NCBI GenBank assembly: GCA_964471825.1
Contig: CAYYKD010000003.1
Span: forward strand, 69,601-133,600
Length of the DNA: 64,000 nucleotides
Direction of reading: 5' to 3'
DNA from: an uncultured Spirochaetales bacterium
GTDB lineage: Bacteria; Spirochaetota; GWE2-31-10; CAYYKD01
Part shown: positions 58,502-64,000 of the stretch, in pieces
Layout of the letters: the number at the start of each line of letters is the position of its first letter
Position numbering within the stretch: the stretch's first letter is position 1
Notes under the pieces: generated by a model
The model's input: only the letters and a program-made list of their open reading frames with translations
Database searches by the model: none
What the model was told of the DNA's origin: nothing
Translations under genes and position numbers: made by a program

Positions 58502-59815
58502 TTATTTTTTCTTAAACTCTCTAACTGCAGTTGCTAGGATCTCGAATATCTCTGCTATCTGATTTTCCTCAACACAGCTGAATGCTACCCGGATGTCATG
58601 TTTACCGAGTGCGATTGTTCCAACACCGTGTTTTTCAAGGACATACATTCTAAAGTCATTAGCATCAACATTGTCCTTAAGCCTAACACACATAAAATAG
58701 CCTGAATTAAAAGGATAGACATCCCAGCAATCCGCATATTTTTTTTCATAGACAACTTCACGGCATTTTTCAGATCTGGCTTTCATTATATTGAACTTTT
58801 CAATCTTCTCTTTTTTGTATGCATCACCTGAGAGTGCCTGAACGAATATTGATTGAGCAGGAAGTGAGCAGTTTGAAAGCACGCTTCTTATACATCCTGT
58901 GATTTTTACCTCAAGGGCTGCATAGGCCTCAGGGTCTTTATTGTAATCAGCGAATGTTATAAAACCTACTCTAAAACCCCATGCATAGAATTCTTTTGTA
59001 AAACCATCAAGTTTAATTGCAACAATATTTTTATGAATGCCTGCAAGTCTTGCAAAGATAGTTTCCTTAAGGCACTTATCATCAAAGAGAAGACCAAAGT
59101 ATGAGTCATCGCTTATAACCAGGATCTTCTTGCCTGCATCAGCGTGTTTTTTTAGCACTGCTACGATCTCGTCAGCCTCTTTGAGCGTTGGAGTATAACC
59201 TGCCGGGTTATTAGGAAAGTTAAGTAGAAGCGTTACCTTGTCCTTCTTAGAGTTTTTTATAGCCTCATCCATTCCCTTTGTATTAAAACCTTTTAGGTCA
59301 TCTGTAAAGGACTGGAAATTTTTTATAACAGCACCGATTCTTGTTTCATATATAAGCGGATAGTTGTCCCAGAGCATATCCGGGATAATAATCTCATCGC
59401 CCTCATCAGCAAAAAGATCTGCAGCAATAGCAATCCCATGAGTAAGACCGCTTGTAACTATAGGCAAAGTTATTGCTGATTTATCACCGATAGATGGATT
59501 GTCGGCAAGCATTTTGTCCCGCCAAATCTCTCTTAATTTCGCTACACCTGTAGGAGGTGCATAGTTGAAAACAGTGTTAGGATCAAGGTCATCAGAGAAG
59601 TATTTCTTAACTGATGGAAGAAACATTGGCCCCTTTCCTTCCTTAGCAATCCCTATAGTTGCGTTAAATTTATTTGCCTTTGCAGTAGCCTCGGCTCCCT
59701 GTTTTAGAATTCCTTTCGGCATGTATATCTCTTTACCAAACCTGCTTAAAAACGAATAGAAGACAGGTGATTTTGATTGAATCTTGTCATTCAATTCCTT
59801 AGCAATCTCATTCAT
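58502..59815 (-). CDS. PLP-dependent aminotransferase, class I/II (aspartate/LL-DAP aminotransferase-like)
   Basis: 437 aa. PLP-lysine region KLDGFTKEFYAWGFRVGF. Fold-type I aminotransferase layout. Confidence 0.65.
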   Translation of the reverse strand: MNEIAKELNDKIQSKSPVFYSFLSRFGKEIYMPKGILKQGAEATAKANKFNATIGIAKEGKGPMFLPSVKKYFSDDLDPNTVFNYAPPTGVAKLREIWRDKMLADNPSIGDKSAITLPIVTSGLTHGIAIAADLFADEGDEIIIPDMLWDNYPLIYETRIGAVIKNFQSFTDDLKGFNTKGMDEAIKNSKKDKVTLLLNFPNNPAGYTPTLKEADEIVAVLKKHADAGKKILVISDDSYFGLLFDDKCLKETIFARLAGIHKNIVAIKLDGFTKEFYAWGFRVGFITFADYNKDPEAYAALEVKITGCIRSVLSNCSLPAQSIFVQALSGDAYKKEKIEKFNIMKARSEKCREVVYEKKYADCWDVYPFNSGYFMCVRLKDNVDANDFRMYVLEKHGVGTIALGKHDIRVAFSCVEENQIAEIFEILATAVREFKKK

Positions 59816-60117
59816 TAATCTCTCCTTAAAGTATAATAGTCTTTAACCAAAATAATTAGGTATTTTACAACTTCTATCTGAAATAATCAAGAAAAAAAAT
59901 ATGAAATAAAAAATATGAAATAAATAATTAAACAGAGGCTATATAGGTGCAAATAGAATCTGCAAGACAGATATTATTTAACGAAATAAATATAGATTGA
60001 TAAATAATGCAAAAAAATATATATATATAGATATCTAAGAGTGTCTACACCTATAGTATTTTTTTAGCGATTGACGAGTTATTGTTTAGTTAATAAAAAA
60101 AGAGGAGCATAACCAGA

Positions 60118-62367
60118 GTGTTATTAAATAGCCCTATTACAACAGATAGAAACTATATTGTAATATCACCGGTAATATTTTTTTTCATATGGCTTCTATA
60201 TACAGGCGTCTCGGTAAATGCAGATGATAAGATCAAGTTTGCAGCAGGTACTTCAACTGTAGATCATAGCAACTTCAATTCCAAAGGAAGAGTCGATAGT
60301 AGAATAGTAATGGATCAGTTCTTAATGCTGGAGTCGGAGGTTTCAATTGCGGCTCACCTTGGGTTAGATGAGAATACGCCCGGCGTTGTCCGTTACAGGG
60401 GCGGTAAACTTCCTACGAATATTGGCCTAAGACAGCGGCAGTACTCCTTGAAGAGGACATTTAAACTATCAGAGAGCGATAGAGACAGATCATATTCTAT
60501 GTTCATGGGGTTGTCGGAGTATCCCTATAATGTCTATTTAAACAGAATTAAGATATTTACCAAGGGAAGGTTTACTGAGAGATACTACAACTCTAGCATG
60601 CGAGCTGTCTATGGGGTGTACCTTTCACCGGATATACTAAAGTATGGCGGTGAAAATGAGCTTGTATTAGAGATATTTCCAAGGACGGAGAGCTATGGAC
60701 TCGACAGGATCTATATTGATACAACAGATCGGGTGACGGGTGCAGTATTTGTCAGGAACTTTATTGGAATAAATCTTATCCAGGGTGGCTTTGTTCTTTC
60801 ATTATTTATTACTATCTACTTCTTGATCCTCTTCTTTGCTGAGAAGAGATCGAAAAATAAGAACCTTGTATTTGCACTTTTCTGCCTGTCATTTTTCTTT
60901 GCTACAATGGATATCGCCACGCATCATGATACAAATCTAGAATTTATGATGAATAACTTATCGAAATTCGGTCTGATACTATCGTCAGTGTTTATATGCA
61001 GCTTTTTTATGGAGTTCACACAGACATGGAACAAGGTTCGTCTTGTTAGAGTGATTATATATATATTTGGCTTGACTGCAGGGTTTGGGGCGCTATTTCA
61101 ACCTGACAAACCGTCACTAGAGATATGGTTTTCGTATTCAATTTTGCTGGTTATTATTCCGCTTATGATTCTATCTATGGTTGTTCTTGTTGTCGCATTT
61201 ATCAGAGATAGAAGTAAGAATGCATTGTTTTTACTAGGTTCATTTGTTATAATGGTCTGTGCAGTTTCGCACGATATTTCCTATCTGGTACGCTCCCAAT
61301 TGCCATTTGCATGGCTTACTACCTATGGGTATTTTGGCATTGTGATTACTGCATTTGCTTTGCTGGCACAGGAACAGGCTCTTAACTATCACAAATCAAT
61401 ACAGAGTGGAGTAGATCTGTTGATAGACCGTAACAGGATTAGAGCCTTAAATGAGGAGATAATAAAACAGAAGGATTCGTTTTTTCGTTTCGTACCAACT
61501 CAGTTTTTGGAACTTCTTGGCCATAAATCTGTTGTTGACATAAAGGCCGGGGATAGTTCGCTTCGTAAACTTACTGTCCTTTTTTCGGATATCCGTAATT
61601 TTACAACTATTTCTGAGGGCTTAATGCCGATTGAGATATTTGAATTTTTAAATAGCTACCTGTCTAGGATGGAAAATGCTGTCCTAAGAAATAACGGGTT
61701 TGTCGACAAATACATTGGGGACGCTATAATGGCCCTATACTCAAGTGAGAATGATACTGAAAATTCATGTGCGGATAATGCTCTTCGTTCTGTACTGATG
61801 ATCAACATAGAGCTTAGTGAGTTCAATAGATTTATCATATCTAAAGGGTTTTCTTCTGTAAATATCGGCATAGGGATAAACACCGGTGAGGTTACACTTG
61901 GGACTGTCGGCAGTGAGAATAGGCTCGATACAACTGTAATTGGCGATGCTGTAAACCTGGCCTCAAGGCTTGAAACACTTACAAAGCTCTATAGAACAAG
62001 GAATTTGGTCTCAGAGTATACTATAAACAATATCAAGAGCTCCGGGGAGTTTCACTTTCGAATGGTAGATTATCTCTCTGTACCCGGAAGAAAAGCACCT
62101 CTAAGAGTCTATGAACTTCTGGATCCGGTAATTGACAGGTTAAAATATGAGCAGTCTGATGAATTTAAAATTGCACAGACGCACTATCAGAACATGAATT
62201 TTGATGCAGCCATGAATTGTTTTAGGAAGATTAGCCATGAGAATCCTGATGACAATCTTCCTTTACTGTATATGCAGAGATGCAGCGAGCTGATGCAATA
62301 TATTCCTGATAACTGGGACGGGGTTTATAGGATAGACTCAAAAGATAACACCGGCATAAAGATATAA
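60118..62367 (+). CDS. 7TMR-DISM-type receptor adenylate/guanylate cyclase (extracellular domain, 7 TM helices, class III cyclase, conserved C-terminal tail)
   Basis: Signal peptide, ~180-aa extracellular domain, seven hydrophobic helices. Cyclase motifs LTVLFSDIRNFTTISEG...YIGDAIMALY...IGDAVNLASR. C-terminal ...IPDNWDGVYRI. RBS AGAGGAG then GTG start. Confidence 0.8.
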   Translation: MLLNSPITTDRNYIVISPVIFFFIWLLYTGVSVNADDKIKFAAGTSTVDHSNFNSKGRVDSRIVMDQFLMLESEVSIAAHLGLDENTPGVVRYRGGKLPTNIGLRQRQYSLKRTFKLSESDRDRSYSMFMGLSEYPYNVYLNRIKIFTKGRFTERYYNSSMRAVYGVYLSPDILKYGGENELVLEIFPRTESYGLDRIYIDTTDRVTGAVFVRNFIGINLIQGGFVLSLFITIYFLILFFAEKRSKNKNLVFALFCLSFFFATMDIATHHDTNLEFMMNNLSKFGLILSSVFICSFFMEFTQTWNKVRLVRVIIYIFGLTAGFGALFQPDKPSLEIWFSYSILLVIIPLMILSMVVLVVAFIRDRSKNALFLLGSFVIMVCAVSHDISYLVRSQLPFAWLTTYGYFGIVITAFALLAQEQALNYHKSIQSGVDLLIDRNRIRALNEEIIKQKDSFFRFVPTQFLELLGHKSVVDIKAGDSSLRKLTVLFSDIRNFTTISEGLMPIEIFEFLNSYLSRMENAVLRNNGFVDKYIGDAIMALYSSENDTENSCADNALRSVLMINIELSEFNRFIISKGFSSVNIGIGINTGEVTLGTVGSENRLDTTVIGDAVNLASRLETLTKLYRTRNLVSEYTINNIKSSGEFHFRMVDYLSVPGRKAPLRVYELLDPVIDRLKYEQSDEFKIAQTHYQNMNFDAAMNCFRKISHENPDDNLPLLYMQRCSELMQYIPDNWDGVYRIDSKDNTGIKI

Positions 62368-62532
62368 AGATATAATCCGGTTAAATTGTATTGATTAAAC
62401 TATTTATTAAGCATATTGCAATTTGTGGGGTCAACCTGCTTGAGGATGTTAATGTTAAAAAAGACAGGTGATGTAACCGGTGATGAATTATGAATTATGA
62501 GTTATGTGAGTGATGAATAAGGAATAGGAAAT

Positions 62533-64000
62533 ATGAAAAAAAGGATCTTGCAAAGGGACATAGAATCTTCAAAAATTATCAATAGCTCTAAAAACTGTGA
62601 AAATCAGATTGTATCAACAGACCAACTGCTTATGGCAGAGGTTATTGAAAGTACCAAGGTTGGGACTTGGCAGTGGAATGTGCAGACGGGAGAGACGGTA
62701 TTTAGTGAACGATGGGCAGAAATAATAGGCTATTCACTTGAGGAGCTGAGTCCTGTATCGATTGAGACATGGATGAGGTATGCCCATCCGGATGATCTGG
62801 CAGGGAGCAATGAGCTTTTACAAAGGCATTTTAACGGAGAGTTAGATTATTATGAATATGAATCTAGAATGCTGCATAAAAATGGTGATTGGGTCTGGGT
62901 AATAGATCGAGGTAGGGTAATATCAAGGACTACAGACGGTAAACCATTATGGATGTTAGGTTCACATCAGGATATAACCGAACGAAAACGGGAAAAACAG
63001 TTGTTAGAGATGAGGATAAAACTGATAGAATATGCCTCAGGGCATTCTTTATCCGAACTGATGACCAAAGCTCTTGATGAAATCGAGGTGTTTTTAAACA
63101 GTAAGATAAGTTTTTTGCATTTTGTGTTGCCTGATCAAAAAACACTTTCACTGCAACAATGGTCTACTGCAACAGCTCAAAAGTTCTGTAAGATACTTGA
63201 ACGAGGGCTGCACTATGGCGTTGAAAAGGCCGGCGTATGGGCAGAATGTCTTCAAAAACAAGAAGGTGTGATACATAACGATTATAAATCATTGCCTCAT
63301 AAAAAAGGTTTGCCCGATGGACATGCTGAGGTGATCCGTGAAATGGTTGTCCCTGTCCAGCGGAATGGATTAATTACTGCAATAATCGGTGTAGGTAATA
63401 AACCGACTAATTATTCACAGAATGAGATGGACCTGTTATCCTATCTTGCTGATAATATCTGGGAGGTTATTGAGAGAAAACAAGCGGAAGAGTCGTTACG
63501 AAATAGTCAGGAAAAATACCGATTGTTAACAGAGTTTACTGCGGATGTAATTTGGGTATTAAATCTAACATCTCAGAAATTTACCTATATAAGTCCCTCT
63601 ATTTATCACCTGAGAGGTCTTACACCGGAAGAAGCTATGAATGAGACCCTTGAGGATGCATTAACACCGGAGTCAGTAGATATTGTAAAAAAAGCAATTG
63701 AGGTCAACAGCAATGAATTTATAGTGCATCCTGATAGACCAAATTACTATATTAATGAGATACAACAACCTCATAGGGACGGTAGACTGATTTGGGTTGA
63801 GGTTTCAACACAATTTAGATATAATAAGGATGGTGAGATAGAGATAGTCGGTGTCAGCCGTAATATTGAGGCACGAAGGGAGACTGAAAACGCATTGAAA
63901 CAACTATCCACCCGTCTCTCACTTGCTACACGAGCAGGTAGGGTTGGTGTCTGGGATTATGATACAGTAAATAATATTCTTATATGGGATGATGAAATGT
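62533..64000 (+). CDS. Multi-PAS/GAF sensor protein, 5' part only (continues beyond window end)
   Basis: Open frame from ATG 62533 to the window edge. PAS_3-like repeats (GTWQWNVQTGETVFSERWAEIIGY...; VGVWDYDTVNNILIWDDEM) and a GAF-like region. Not in the ORF track because there is no stop in the window. Confidence 0.65.
   Translation, partial: MKKRILQRDIESSKIINSSKNCENQIVSTDQLLMAEVIESTKVGTWQWNVQTGETVFSERWAEIIGYSLEELSPVSIETWMRYAHPDDLAGSNELLQRHFNGELDYYEYESRMLHKNGDWVWVIDRGRVISRTTDGKPLWMLGSHQDITERKREKQLLEMRIKLIEYASGHSLSELMTKALDEIEVFLNSKISFLHFVLPDQKTLSLQQWSTATAQKFCKILERGLHYGVEKAGVWAECLQKQEGVIHNDYKSLPHKKGLPDGHAEVIREMVVPVQRNGLITAIIGVGNKPTNYSQNEMDLLSYLADNIWEVIERKQAEESLRNSQEKYRLLTEFTADVIWVLNLTSQKFTYISPSIYHLRGLTPEEAMNETLEDALTPESVDIVKKAIEVNSNEFIVHPDRPNYYINEIQQPHRDGRLIWVEVSTQFRYNKDGEIEIVGVSRNIEARRETENALKQLSTRLSLATRAGRVGVWDYDTVNNILIWDDEM

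Noticed and set aside
63341-63360. ggttgtccc match to the REP-like core inside the PAS sensor gene
   Set aside because: It is only a 9-nt partial match within coding sequence that lacks the flanking consensus, so it is likely coincidental.
1-64000. CRISPR arrays, prophage genes, integrases, toxin-antitoxin pairs
   Set aside because: No regularly spaced direct repeats of 25-40 nt with unique spacers were seen. No phage structural, integrase or recognisable defence-system genes are present.

Overview
This 64 kb window is AT-rich (~35% GC) bacterial chromosomal DNA. The gene content (metX-metW pair, many class III adenylate cyclases, PAS hybrid kinases, GGDEF and HD-GYP proteins) suggests a spirochete, possibly Leptospiraceae, but this lineage guess is low confidence. 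The window shows no CRISPR array, prophage or obvious defence island.

Part 1, features in order:
- 1–10 kb: a co-directional housekeeping block with a partial adenylate cyclase, an acyl-CoA ligase, Dus, an RseC-like protein, an RSH (p)ppGpp enzyme, a nucleosidase-like protein and MurJ.
- ~10 kb and ~58 kb: an AT-rich Rpn/PD-(D/E)XK 'transposase' gene and a truncated paralog of it.
- 11–18 kb: a PAS hybrid histidine kinase, a THUMP methyltransferase and lipoproteins.
- ~18.2 kb: a tRNA-Thr/tRNA-Tyr pair with its own promoter and terminator.
- 19–28 kb: a 9-gene minus-strand cluster, rnfCDGEAB followed directly by bioB-bioA-bioF.
- 28–34 kb: a fucosyltransferase-like glycosyltransferase, an HD-GYP protein and a 1034-aa DUF748/AsmA-like protein.
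- 35–38 kb: a second hybrid kinase translationally coupled to a tocopherol-cyclase-like protein.
- ~39.8 kb: an orphan groES.
- 40–47.5 kb: an ABC-F ATPase, metX-metW, a thioesterase, nth and a TonB-dependent-receptor-like protein.
- 49–64 kb: three more adenylate cyclases, one of them overlapping a degenerate-LytM coiled-coil protein (ATGA), plus GGDEF, NUDIX and GIY-YIG proteins, tRNA-Leu, an aminotransferase and a partial PAS/GAF sensor.

Part 2, most notable non-genic signal:
- A dispersed family of short structured repeats (core TAGGTTGTCCCC, full form GACTAGACAGGCATAGGTTGTCCCC) occurs at five intergenic loci. Three copies are inverted pairs that could form hairpins.
- One pair lies ~115 bp from a 159-aa IS200/IS605 (Y1/RAYT-like) transposase homologue whose HuH histidines are replaced while the catalytic-Tyr helix is kept. 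This looks like a possible domesticated REP/RAYT-like arrangement.
- Other points: paralogous cyclases share a C-terminal W(D/Q)GV tail; in-frame purine-rich microsatellite insertions sit in the RSH linker and a MurJ loop; a 19-nt AT-rich motif recurs three times; a perfect 15-bp hairpin lies beside the truncated Rpn gene.
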